DNA from: Octopus sinensis
Taxonomy: Eukaryota
NCBI RefSeq assembly: GCF_006345805.1
Contig: NC_043026.1
Coordinates: 3,286,001 to 3,350,000, forward strand
Length of the DNA: 64,000 nt
Direction of reading: 5' to 3'
Shown: positions 39,361-52,065 of the stretch, in pieces
Position numbering within the stretch: the stretch's first letter is position 1
Layout of the letters: each line of letters begins with the position of its first letter
Program-made: the position numbers and the translations under genes
The notes under the pieces: model-generated
Seen by the model: only the letters and a program-made list of their open reading frames with translations
What the model was told of the DNA's origin: nothing
Databases searched by the model: none

Positions 39361-40102
39361 CACACATATATATGTGTGTGTGTGTGTGTGCCTTGTGTTT
39401 GGGCTCCCGCACCATCACTTTATGTCCCTGTAACTTAGTGGTTCGGCAAACAATATTGATAAAATAAGTACTGGGCTTACACAGAATAAGTCTTGGGGTC
39501 AATTTCTTTGACTAAAACCCTTTAAGGGTGTGCTCCAGCATGGCAACAGTCAAATGATTGAAACAAGTAAAAGATAAAATGTGTGTGTGTGTATGATGGG
39601 CTTCTTTCAGTTTCCATCTACCAAATCCACTCACAAGGCTTTGGTTGGCCTGTGGTTATAGTAGAAGATACTTGCCCAAGGTGCCATGCAATGAGATTGA
39701 ACCTGGAACCATGTGGTTGAGAAGCAAGCTACTTACCACACAGCCACGCCAACATTTTCCATGGGGGGTGCTGCAGAAAGTGGAGCCGTTTAGTTTGGGA
39801 GTAGTGATTTAGTTTTTGTGGTGTTGTTGATGTCTGATGGATATAGCTGTTGTTGTTGTAACCAATGTCTGTGTGTCATCAGAGGTAAGCAACTAACTGT
39901 GAACCACACCACCACCGCAATCCCTATCTCCCACCATTGTCCTCTATCCACAACCAACACCACCACCATCACCATCTTTATCCACAGTCACCACTACCTT
40001 AACCACAACTTCCACTATCTTACCACCACACCACTACCACACCAGTTCTTCCACCATCACCATTACCACTGTCACTATGACCTCCTCTCTTTCCATCAAC
40101 AG

Positions 40103-40182
40103 CACAAAGACCTCCCTGTTGAGATCACCACTGACTGTCTCAGTACAATGGCCAATATTTGCCGGGAGATGATAGAAAATCC
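40103..40182 (+). CDS. CYRI (FAM49): CYRI/FAM49 coding exon (first of four seen in window), [26 protein letters not shown](P)
   Basis: Polypyrimidine acceptor ctcctctctttccatcaacAG, donor GTAAGT at 40183; 80 nt, phase 0 to 2; peptide matches the CYRI motif [25 protein letters not shown] recalled from vertebrate FAM49B. Confidence 0.95.
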
Positions 40183-40228
40183 GTAAGTCAATTCTGATTT
40201 CATACTCACTTTTGTCTGCTTCCATCCA

Positions 40229-40288
<60 letters not shown>

Positions 40289-40783
40289 CTTCTCTCAAAA
40301 TCTTTCAGGGGCAGTTAAAAAATAAGACAAGAATGTTTAACATCCTTAATGTTTAAGTTATGAAATGTAAGGCTTATTTGTCCCCAAATTTTAAAAGGGG
40401 TCATGTATTCCCTCATAGCCTTGAGATTTTGATGTTGTGGTTATTTGTTTTTAGATGGACATTGTAGGGTAGGTGTGAGAGACTGCATCTGGCTGATTGG
40501 AGCAATAAGACTGGTAGAATATTTGGGCCTGATTTGGCCAGTTTAAATGCTAAAGGAAATGCTCATAGAATATCTTTGTTCACTCTGGCAAAAAAAAAGA
40601 TTTTTATGAGACAGATTACGAATTTGGTGTTTCTCCCTTAAAACTTTACAACCACAAAGAAAAAGAAAACAAGAAAATATCCTAATATCAGTTTGAATTT
40701 TTGAATTTATGGAACATGGCCAGCAGTTTTGGGGAACAAATGAAAGACAAAATCAACCTTGACGGAATTTGAACTCAGACTAT

Positions 40784-40955
40784 AGGCGCAGGAGTGGCTG
40801 AGTGGTAAGTAGCTTGCTTACCGACCACATGGTTCTAGGTTCAGTCCCACTGCATGGCACCTTGGGCAAGTGTCTTCTCCTATAGCCCCGGGCCAACCAA
40901 AGCCTTGTGAGTGGATTTGGTAGATGGAAACTGAAAGAAGCCCATCGCATATATG

Positions 40956-40992
<37 letters not shown>

Positions 40993-41200
40993 ATGTTTGT
41001 GTGTCTGTGTTTATCCCCCTAACATCGCTTGACAACCGATGCTGGTGTGTTTATGTCCCCCATAACTTAGCAGTTCGGCAAAAGAGACCGATTTAATAAG
41101 TACTAGGCTTACAAAGAATAAGTCCTGGGATCGATTTGCTCGACTAAAGGTGGTGCTCCAGCATGGCCGCAGTCAAATGACTGAAACAAGTAAAAGAGTA
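40784..41200 (+). mobile_element. tRNA-type SINE family A, full length
   Basis: Near-consensus copy within a CYRI intron. Confidence 0.9.
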
Positions 41201-41519
41201 AGAGTAGACAAGATACTGCTAACGATTCTGTGTGCTAACGATTCTGCCAGTTCAATGTCTTACTCTTGTAACCGTAATAATAATCCTTTCTACAATTGGC
41301 ACAAGGCCTGGAATTTGTGGTGAAGTGGGTAAGTCGATCACATCAACTCCAGTACTTTACTGGTGCTTAATTTATCAACCTTGGAAGGATGAAGGGCAAA
41401 GTGAACCCCGGCAGAAAGAGTCAACTGATAAGCATTTTGCCTGACGAGCGAACGATTCTGCAAGCTCACTGCCTTTCACTTGTACCTATGATGATGATGA
41501 TGATGATGATGAGAAATTG

Positions 41520-42080
41520 AAGGGAAAGACAAGATCACCTGGAGATGGCTAAGAGAAAGTGATCTGAAAGGATGCCCAAGAACAAGCCCCAAGAACTAAT
41601 TACACCAAACTCTAAATGGATTAGAGCAGTGAATCACCCCTTAATAGGACGTGTGGCAGCAAAAACAAGACAATTTCACATATTGTGAGTGAGTGTAGCA
41701 AGTTTGCCCAAAAGCATTGCAAAAGGAGGCACGATAACATGGCTAAGTTTATTCACTGGAGACTTTGTGAAAAGTATGGAGCACTTGAGGCACTAAGAAC
41801 CAGGTTCCAGGATTATGTTGAAGAAATTGGGGTTGACATGAGGGCAGAGCGGGCCCCCAAAACTGTTCTGTTGGGGATAGCTAGGATTTTGAGATTAGTG
41901 TTTGGGTGTTGAATGTCTTCCACAATAAGTTACCATTCAAGTACCAAAGCTTGTAATTTGCAGAAAAACCCCTGTGAGACCCCTTTTAACAGGTTACTGC
42001 TCTCACAGAATCAACCAGAGCAAGTAAGATTAAGAGCTCTGAGAAGTAAAATAATAATAATAATAATTATAATTATAATT
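41520..42080 (+). mobile_element. R4/Dong-clade non-LTR relic with internal deletion and (TAA)n tail
   Basis: SECSKFAQKHCKRRHDNMAKFIHWRLCEKY (CCHC region) fused to PKTVLLGIARILRLVF (C-terminus); aataataat tail at about 42050. Confidence 0.8.
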
Positions 42081-42854
42081 GCCCTGATGCCTTACCAGGC
42101 TCTGGCTCTCATAGCATCATTTTAACTGATTGGAAGTGTTACTATGTACATTGTTTTGTGTTGGTATAAAAGATGGGATACAGCAAATATTCTGCTCAAT
42201 TCCACAGATTTGATTATCAGTTTGTCGTTTGCTGGCTGATGATGTTTGCATCTCTGATCATGAGCAGAAGTAGTGAAGGAGCATCATAGCCATATGTTGA
42301 AAGGAATTCTTTGGGATTCAAATAATTCACCCCTGGAAACAGGGGTATTTTGTTCACATCTTTAAACAACCCTTATTCAAGGACCATTTGAGCAGGATGG
42401 ACTACTCAACCAGAAGAAAATTCTAACTGAGCACCCCGGCAATTCCTGGGTAGGTGCTAAGTCAATTACATTGACCCCAGTGTCCAACTGGTATTTATTT
42501 TATTGATGAAAGGCAAAGTCGACTCCAGCAGAATTTGAACTCAGAACATAGAGACAGACAAAATGCCACTAAGCATTTTGCCCAGAGTGCTACCAATCCC
42601 ACCAGTAAGCCTTTTTTCTAGATGAGTGAGCAGTACTTAGCCTCTTGAGAATCCTAATGCTGGCACCACCGTTGTGGTTCTTGATGCAATTCTTAAATAA
42701 TCCTGGCAATGCTTCTTCACTGTTTTGGTGTCACCAGAATTCAAAGAGCTGTGAATGATTGTATTGGTTGACCTACAGTGACTTCAACTTTCCGGCCACT
42801 CTATTGAATGCTGTTGATTCTACAGAATAACAGTTTTCATCTCATCCCAGTGTG

Positions 42855-43005
42855 ATCAAGATTTCGTCTCAATCGAAGGAGAGGGGCTTTCTCTGTCTGG
42901 GTTGCGGATCCGTGGAATAAGCTGCCGGACGAGATAGTGAAGATGCCGACGACCGCTCGGTTCAAAGTCTCTCTTGACCAGAAATGGCCTGAACTCTTTG
43001 CATGG
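42855..43005 (+). mobile_element. CR1-clade LINE extreme 3' coding fragment
   Basis: Frame RRGAFSVWVADPWNKLPDEIVKMPTTARFKVSLDQKW (cf. WN.LP..VV.....FK..LD). Confidence 0.7.
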
Positions 43006-43713
43006 CCATAGTCTAATGACTGAAACAACTAAAGAAAAAAGAAAGCAAAAGTCATTTTATGCGGATCTGTTTCCCTGACAGTCAGATGGCCATTATCAGT
43101 TGTGGAAGGTCGTTTTTCATCTTCAAAGACTTCAAAGCTTTCTACTTTGCAACAATATTTTGGCCGACGATGTTGTGTTTATTGACTTTTTTTTTTACTT
43201 GAAATGCTTGGAGGATATTGCGAACAGTGCATCTAAGCAATTAATGTCTCTTGTAGTATCTAAACAACCGTGTGTTCTACAGACTCTTGCACTGTCAAAA
43301 TAATCCTCAGTCAAACTTAGAAATTATACAGTGTGTACAAGGCTGGTATTTGAAGTTAGGTGCAGGCATGGCTGCGTGTACTTCCCCACCTCATAATTTT
43401 GGCTTCAGTACCACTGCATGGCTCTTGGGCAAATGTCTTCTAGTGTACTTCCAGTCTTGGTAGATGAAAACTGAAAGAAGCATGTTGTGCCTGTCTGTTT
43501 GTGTCTCCTTGCCTTCACATCACATGATAATTGTAAACAAATGCCACTTCCATACAAGTGTTCTCCTTTATTTCCAATCTTTCATGAAAATATTCTACTG
43601 ATAGCTCCTGCCAGAGTGACATGATTTCATCTGTGGACGTTAAACCTGCTCACTTCACTGTTACATAAATGAGCAAAACTCCGTGGTTACCATTCTCTTA
43701 CTTTCACTTTCAG

Positions 43714-43840
43714 AAACTACTGCTCAAGGTTCAAAAATGAAGAGACGAAGCTATTTTGTTTACGGGTGATGGTTGGGGTAATAATTCTGTATGACCATGT
43801 ACATCCTGTGGGGGCATTTGCCAAAAATTCTGGTATTGAT
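43714..43840 (+). CDS. CYRI (FAM49): CYRI/FAM49 coding exon, [42 protein letters not shown]
   Basis: Acceptor ctttcactttcAG, donor GTAAGT at 43841; 127 nt, phase 2 to 0; contains the hallmark [22 protein letters not shown] motif. Confidence 0.97.
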
Positions 43841-44977
43841 GTAAGTATCCACCAACTTTGTAAAGTATATATATATATGTAATATAATTCGTAATTATAC
43901 TAGCTTTTCGTATATCATATAATAAGGTTAATTCTTCTAAATCTCTATTTCTAATTATCATGACGTAAAATTCTTATGTTTATTTTTTATTTTTCTTATT
44001 TTTGTTATTCACTAATCTCACCATTAGTTGAATACAGCAATGTCTTAGAATGAATTCCCTCTGAGTGTTCCTTTTGTAGGTATTTGTGTTCTGGTAATAT
44101 TTCATATGTTCAATTCGAATTTCTCTGATAATGGATTCCCTTCATAATGTTGTATTAACATATATTTTGGGAAATATTTATATTAATTTTAATATTTTCT
44201 ATATGTATGCATGTGTGTTTGTGTGTGTGTGTGTGTGTGTGGTAATATAATAGAAGCAATTGTTGGCTTTACAAGGTGAGGTTTTATAAGATGTGATTTT
44301 CTCTATACATATTTTTTGTTGTCAAATACTCTGAATTTCTTGAAATTCTTCCAAATGATATTTGCAAATGATACTTGTTATACATGAGGGTTTACCTTGG
44401 ATATATATATTCTACTTACATCTGAGTGCTATCTATCTATCTATATATGTATATACATATATATCAATAATAAAAGGGTAAAATTAATTAATTATTAATT
44501 AATTTTACCAAGTAGTGTTCAGTATGTAAGAAGACCATTTAAGGTATATTTAAATCATTACGTTATATAATTAGGGTTCGGTAAAATAATTTACTTTACC
44601 ACACACCGAACTTTTAGAAATAGCAGCCAAAAATCTTAGCTATTTCTTCTACTATAAGAAAAATCTCCCAGACAATGCACACTAAAAAATAAATTATTTT
44701 ACTGAACCCTAATTATATAACATGATGTTTATATATATATATATAGACAGACGATGGGCTTCTTTCAGTTTCCCTCTACCAAATTCATTCACAAGGCTTT
44801 GATGAGCTTGAAACTATAGTAAAACACACTTGCTTAAGGTGCCACCCTGTGGGACTGAACCCAGAACCATGTGGTTAGGAAACAAGCATCTTATCTGCAG
44901 CTATGCCTGCACCTATTCTTACCTCACACCTGTGCATATAAATATATTTTCTTTCTTTTTTTTGTTTCTGATTTCAG

Positions 44978-45048
44978 GTAAAGAGTTGTATAAAACTTCT
45001 AAGGGACCAACAGAATGACAAAGTGGAAGGATTAATGAATGCTTTACG
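44978..45048 (+). CDS. CYRI (FAM49): CYRI/FAM49 coding exon, VKSCIKLLRDQQNDKVEGLMNAL(R)
   Basis: Acceptor ttttgtttctgatttcAG, donor GTAAGT at 45049; 71 nt, phase 0 to 2; matches [24 protein letters not shown]. Confidence 0.95.
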
Positions 45049-45109
45049 GTAAGTGTCCTGTTATTCAGGCACAGGTACGGATGTGTCTGTAGAGGTGTCT
45101 GTGTTAAAA

Positions 45110-45790
45110 TATATATATCTATGGACAGCTGTGTGAAAAAGTGCCACACTCTAGCGGTTAAGGGAACCTGTGGAAGAGGTAGACCCAGGAAGACCTGGGA
45201 TTAAGTGGTGAAGTATGACCTTCGAACTAAAGGAAATATCTAGTGACCGAGACCTTTGGAAATATGCTGTGCATGAGAAGACCTGGCAAGCCAAATGAGA
45301 CCATAACCTCGTGGCCTATGCCAGGGGCATAACCAGCCCACTTATGCATACCTTTTCCTTCTTTGGATGACTTAAACTCTGCTTGCGAAGACCTGTTGAT
45401 GCAAGTGAAATCTGATGACTGACATCCATACTAGCGGGGAGCAAAGAGCACCATACGAGTGTGATTGACAGAGTGGCTAATTAGCTTTAGTGCCAGTGGC
45501 ACTTAAAAGGCACCATTTGAGCATGATCATTATCAGCATCGCCTTACTAGCACCTGTGCCGGTGGCATGTGTAAAAGATTCGGGCGAGGTCGTTGCCAGT
45601 ACTGCCTGACTGGCACGTAAAAGCACCCACTACACTCTCGGAATGGTTGGCGTTAGGAAGGGCATCCAGCCGTAGAAACTCTGCCAGATCAAGATTGAAG
45701 CCTGGTGCAGCCATCTGGTTCGCCAGCCCTCAGTCATTTTATCCAACCCATGCTAGCATGGAAAGCGGATGTTAAACGATGATGATGATG
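45110..45790 (+). mobile_element. RTE-related family B element (RT tail, 3' UTR and (GAT)n)
   Basis: CVKKCHTLAVKGTCGRGRPRKTW remnant then family B 3' module ending gatgatgatg. Confidence 0.8.
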
Positions 45791-46109
45791 TCTGTATATG
45801 TATGTTGATGAGTGAACTGAAGTACTGTCTTCTGAGGGCGTACAAAATCATCAGCTCATCAAAAATCAAGGAGGACACGTCCTTGTTGAAGTCATCATAT
45901 AGTGAAATGGCAGATGAGATTCAATTGAAACTCAGACAGCAACAACTTTCAATGTTTCTCTGATGCGTTGAGTGCTGTTTATGGTCGACAGATGTCAGGT
46001 TGACACCAACCGATGTGTTCTGTACCAACGAGGAGATAATCTTTGGAAATGGGTGGGGAAGCAATTTCACACTCTTCTCAACTCCTCTTCTGGCAGTCAT
46101 TATCCTCAT

Positions 46110-46580
46110 CTTTTAATGGTTGTTTCCGATGCTGGCATGGGTTGGACTGGAACCAGTAGGCCAGAGAGATGCAATAGGCTCCTGTCTGTTTTCGCTCGGT
46201 TTCTGTGGTTGGATAGCCTTCCTAATGTCAACCACTCCAAGAGTGTACTGGGTGTCTCTCATGCGTCACTGGCACAGGTGCCTTCTGTGTCTCGCTGGCA
46301 TGGATGCATTTTATGTGTCACCAACACAGGTGCCTCTTGCATGTTACTGACACAGGCACTCTTTACGTGCCACTGCTACAGGTATCTCATGTGTCACTGA
46401 CACAGGTGCCTCTTACATGTCAATGTGTAACTAGCACCGGTGCACTTTATGTGTCACTGGCACAGGTGCCATTTACTGACCATGACTACGATTTCACTTA
46501 GCTTGAAGTGTCTTCACGAGTCTACCTCTTCCATAGGTTCCTTCCACAGTTAAAGATCAGCACTTCTTTACACGGCTGCC
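46110..46580 (-). mobile_element. RTE-related family B element, minus strand, abutting the 21-bp minisatellite
   Basis: Minus strand gagggcagccgtgtaaagaagtgctgatctttaactgtggaaggaacctatggaagaggtagac homologous to 45120-45200. Confidence 0.75.
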
Positions 46581-48215
46581 CTCCTCCATGCGCAACACGT
46601 CCTCCTCCATGTGCAATCCATCCTCCTCCATGTGCAAGCTATCTTCCTCCATGCGCAAGCCATCCTCCTCCATGCACAACACGTCCTCCTCCATGTGCAA
46701 GCTATCTTCCTCCATGCGCAAGCCGTCCTCCTCCATGTGCAACATGTCCTCCTCCATGCGCTACACGTCCCCCTCCATGCGCAACACGTCCTCCTCCATG
46801 CACAACACGGCCTCCTCCATGTGCAACATGTCCTCCTCCATGTGCAATCCATCCTCCTCCATGCGCAACACGGCCTCCTCCATGTGCAACATGTCCTCCT
46901 CCATGCGCAACACGTTCTCCTCCATGTGCAACATGTCCTCCTCCATGCGCAACACGTCCTCCTCCATGTGCAATCCATCCTCCTCCATGCGCAACACGGC
47001 CTCCTCCATGTGCAACATGTCCTCCTCCATGCGCAACACGTCCTCCTCCATGCGCAACATGTCCTCCTCCATGCACAACACGTCCTCCTCCATGTGCAAC
47101 ATGTCCTCCTCCATGTGCAACACGGCCTCCTCCATGTGCAACATGTCCTCCTCCATGCGCAACACGGCCTCCTCCATGTGCAACATGTCCTCCTCCATGC
47201 GCAACACAGCCTCCTCCATGTGCAACACGTCCTCCTCCATGCGCAACACGTCCTCCTCCATGTGCAATCCATCCTCCTCCATGCGCAACACGTCCTCCTC
47301 CATGTGCAACATGTCCTCCTCCATGCGCAACACGGCCTCCTCCATGTGCAACATGTCCTCCATGCGCAACACGTCCTCCTCCATGCGCAACATGTCCTCC
47401 TCCATGCACAACACGTCCTCCTCCATGCGCAACACGTCCTCCTCCATGTGCAATCCATCCTCCTCCATGCGCAACACGTCCTCCTCCATGTGCAACATGT
47501 CCTCCTCCATGTGCAATCCATCCTCCTCCATGCGCAACACGTCCTCCTCCATGTGCAACATGTCCTCCTCCATGTGCAATCCATCCTCCTCCATGCGCAA
47601 CACGTCCTCCTCCATGCGCAACACGTCCTCCTCCATGTGCAACATGTCCTCCTCCATGTGCAATCCATCCTCCTCCATGCGCAACACGGCCTCCTCCATG
47701 TGCAACATGTCCTCCTCCATGTGCAATCCATCCTCCTCCATGCGCAACACGGCCTCCTCCATGTGCATCCATCCTCCTCCATGTGCAATCCATCCTCCAT
47801 GCGCAACACGTCTCCTCCATGTGCAACATGTCCTCCTCCATGCGCAACACGTCCTCCTCCATGTGAAACATGTCCTCCTCCATGCGCTACACGTCCCCCT
47901 CCATGCGCAACACGTCCTCCTCCATGCACAACACGGCCTCCTCCATGTGCAACATGTCCTCCTCCATGTGCAATCCATCCTCCTCCATGCGCAACACGGC
48001 CTCCTCCATGTGCAACACGTCCTCCTCCATGCGCAACACGTCCTCCTCCATGTGCAACATGTCCTCCTCCATGTGCAACATGTCCTCCTCCATGTGCAAT
48101 CCATCCTCCTCCATGCGCAACACGGCCTCCTCCATGTGCAACACGTCCTCCTCCATGCGCAACACGTCCTCCTCCATGCGCAACATGTCCTCCTCCATGC
48201 ACAACATGTCCTCCA
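46580..48215. repeat. 21-bp minisatellite (consensus about cctcctccatgYgcaacacgt), roughly 78 units
   Basis: Directly visible; variants with caacat, caatccat, cacggc; occasional 1-3 nt indels. Confidence 0.97.
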
Positions 48216-50813
48216 ATTAATCTCTACTGTTGACTACCAACAAGGAGGAGATGATCTTTAGAAATGGGTGGGGCAGCAATTTCACACTGTTCAGAACTGC
48301 TCTCCTCTTGCTAGAAGTGCAACATTACCTCACTTGCTACAATCAAGAATCAGGATGTCATTTGCTGACCCTTCCTACTCAGGCCAAAGTTCCCAAGACT
48401 CTCTGTTCCCTCTTTACTGTGACAAGACTCCAACACTTTACATTAATCTCGGTGACATCCACAAGGTTAGTGTGTCTTACCTTGTCTTAAGGTTCACTTA
48501 CTATATGTGCTAAGTTCTCTACTCTTAGGAGCTGAAAGGAAATGAAGACTCTTGTGACATATTTTCTTTTGTAAATTGTTTTGGAGATTTTCGCTTCACC
48601 CTTTAGCATTCAGATTTCTCGGTCACATTTAATACTTATTCATTCGCATTGTTTAGAATTAATCATGCAGTATCCTGTAGCCTTCAGCTTTCATTGATGT
48701 GATTATTTACTTTTGAGAATGACATTGTCGAGTAGGTGTGAGAAGCTGAATCTGACCAGTTTCAATTTATAAGACAAGTAAAATATTTGGGCTGGTTTAA
48801 ATACAAAAGTGTTAAATAATGTTTTTTGTCCATCTTGAATAGGACTTTCTGTTTGAGAGCCAGTGTGGCAATAGAGAGGGTGAAATGATGCTTGCTGTAC
48901 TTCAGCAGCAGAAGAAAGTTCTGGAGCAAAATCATGGTTTTTACATAATCTTTGCAAACCTTAAAATCGTGGCTGTCCTTGCATACAGGCATGCTCCCTA
49001 CGTCCCTCTTCAGCCAAGGGATCCTAATTTTGCAGGGTTATGGGTGCTGGTGTCATGTAAAAAGCCTGTGCTGATGTAACATGAGAAACATTCTATAAAT
49101 AAAGATTGGCCATAGGCAATATATCGATGAAGATAATCTATGTACAATAGAATAAAAGAATAGGCAGGTAAATAACAGGTATGGGGTCTGATTAGGGCAT
49201 ATTTATACAACATCTAGAGAAAAACAAATGCATGAAAGAGCATAAATAGCAGACAGTCAGTAAAAGTTCTATTTTGTGAAGTTTGGTTCTCAGTAATTGT
49301 GATGTAAACAAAGAGAGATAGAATCTAAGTGTGTAGTATTGATGTCATATGGTTAGGTAGGTAGAAGCTCGTTACCACAGGTGAAACCCATGTAAAAAAA
49401 AAGGTGTGCAGAATATCTCTTATAGTTATTTTACATTCATATGCATGTGTGTAAAGGTAGATCAAGGTGTAGGAAGATAGTGAACTTCAAGCAGTCTGTA
49501 GAAGATATTAAAAAACAACTTTTAGGAACAATAATGGTTTATTGATGAAGAAGGTTGTGAATTTTTCCTGTATCAAAGTACGATAAACTGGTAAAAGATT
49601 ATTTTATAGTTCACCGTTAGCAACTGGGGTTGCTGTACATGCAAATATATATCCAAAGATTAGGGGATGGAGGAGATAAAATCCAGGCTACATATGCTTC
49701 ATTGCTAGCGGAACCTTGGAAGTAGTAATTACCCAAGTAAAGGGAAGACCCCAAACTACTTTTCAAGCCAAGGATACCCTGATTACCTGAAGTTTATATT
49801 GTCATTAGGAAATCCCGTGTTAACTTGCAGGAGATATATTTTTGTTTGTGATGAAATCCCCAAGTTAACACAGTGTTGCTTAATGACAACGTAAACTTCA
49901 TATAACAAAGGTATTCTTGGCCTGGCAGGTGGTGAGGAGCTGGCAGAATGGTTAGCACGCCGGACGAAATGCTTAACGGTATTTCGTTTGCCGCTATGTT
50001 CTGAGTTCAAATTCCGCCGAGGTTGACTTTGCCTTTCATCCTTCCAGGGTCAATGAAATAACTACCAGTTACACACTGGGGTCGATGTAATTGACTTAAT
50101 CCGTTTGTCCTCTCTGTGTTTAGCCCCTTGTGGGTAGTAAAGAAACAGGTATTCTTGGCCTGAAGAGTAGCTTGCGGTCAACCCTTCGTTAGGCTAATTA
50201 CTACTTCCTCGTTCCGCAAGCAATGAAACATATGTAGCCTGGATTTTATCTCCTCCATTCCCTAATTTTGGGGTATATAATGTGTATGGGTGTGCCAGTG
50301 GCACATAAAAGGCTACCATGCTGGTGCCATGTATAAAGCACCCAGCACACTGTATGAAGTGGTCAACATTAGGAAGGGCATCCAGCCATGGCAATCAAGC
50401 CAAAAAACAGGCTGGAACCTGGTGCAGCTCTCCTGTTTGCCCACTTTAGTTAACTGTCCAATCCATGCCAGCATGGCAAATGGATGTTTAATGATGATGA
50501 TGATGATGATGATGGCCATTTGATGACACCTGAAAATATGCACAGCTGAGATTAAATTTTCTCTTGTTTTTTAATCACCTCACTCCCACCCACCTCACCA
50601 CTTGACAACTGATGTTGGTGTGTTTACATCCCTGTAACTTAGAGGTTCAGTAAAAAAGACTGATAGAATAAGTACTAGGCTTACAAAGTATAAGTCCCAG
50701 GGTAAAATTGCTTGACTAAAATCCTTAACGGTGGTACAGTCAAATGACTGAAACTAGTAAAAGAATAAAAGAATATATATTTATATATCTGTATATATAT
50801 TTATATTTATATA

Positions 50814-52065
50814 TCTGTGTATATATATATATATATAAATGGCATGATTGTGTGTGTACGTCAATGTAAATTATGCACATCCACAAATTCGCACGCATGT
50901 CGCTCAAATTTTAAGAGGACATTCGTCACGACCCTAGCTGTATTTTCGTCAAATTATTTTCCCCCGAGGCAGCAGCGAATGACATTAAAAATAATTTTGA
51001 GCTATAACTTTTAAACATTTTTCAAGTCGAAGAAATACACCATTTGCAAATATAAGTTAAGTCTCCTTCTAGCGACAGTGTAAAGAGAGGGAGAGAGAGA
51101 ACAGATTTTTAAAATTTCGTAGGGGTTGTTATGTTATATGTGTGTGAATGGCTTCAGTCACACACACACACACACACACGAACATGTATGCGTACAAAAC
51201 ACATGTATGCAATGTGTGTGTGTGTTGCCCGAGACACGCTCCTTCACAAACGATCAGCTATTATTTTGTAAACAATGTTTCGAAAATAGGTGTATGTACG
51301 TATATGTTTGTGTGTGTTGCCCATATATATATATATATATATATATATACTTAGTTGTGATCTGAACATAACCACTTCTCACACAGAGGATCGGGGGCCC
51401 TTTTGGGCATTCTATTTTCTTTGCTGGAAGGATTCCCAACCTATGGGCAAAGGGTGGGGTTACATGATGGGGGTGGTGTTTTCAAAAGGATTGGCATATA
51501 CAACCTGATCACCTCTGCCGATCAAACTCCCAACCCATGCGCTCCTGTCGCAAAACTGATTCTGCAGAACCGGGTTGGGTGTGAAAACCAACTTTAAAGT
51601 ATAAATATTGATGTTTTTGAATCAGTAATGTTGTGTTCAGTTAAATCCTATTTGGAGTGAAAAATCAATAAACTGATCCCTTATGGGGTTTTCTATTTAA
51701 TCAGGATAAAAAAAAATCGACACCGAATCCTTATAGGGCTTCCCATTAAAATTGGCTCCCCCTGATTCTCAACCATAACTTTTACCAATTTTGATGTATT
51801 TTGTTCAAATTTGATGCCAGCATTACTTGGGACTCATGAGATCTTTGAATGCTTTAAGTTCTCCAAAAACGAAAAAAAAAAAAAATCGATCAGTGGAAAA
51901 AACCGATAAACCAATTCCTTATGGGATCTCCCAATCAAATTGTCTCAACTCATTTTCAGCCAAAAGTTTACCAATTTCAACGGATTTCGGTCAAATTTGT
52001 TTGGTTTGAAATAAAGAACTTGATTAGCTTAATAATTCTAACTTAAAGCCGGGCTATACTGCTAG
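50814..52065 (+). mobile_element. Probable non-autonomous Helitron with internal repeats and a nested fragment
   Basis: Ends gccgggctatactgCTAG|T, the same terminus as 24231; a|tc start in a TA-rich flank at 50788 or 50814; three ccttatggg-type subrepeats at 51660-51940. Confidence 0.55.

Noticed and set aside
39840-39890. GAG|GTAAGC donor 220 bp upstream of the CYRI exon, superficially like the expected ...FVSE| exon end
   Set aside because: Upstream frame reads LMDIAVVVVTNVCVSSE with a stop just before it; no match to CYRI and no acceptor
46580-48215. CRISPR-like regular repeats (also 57686-57859)
   Set aside because: Units are contiguous with no unique spacers, there are no cas genes, and the context is eukaryotic
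46508-48261. ORFs of 390-557 aa on both strands
   Set aside because: Produced by a stop-free 21-bp minisatellite; no protein family signal apart from the RTE-derived unit
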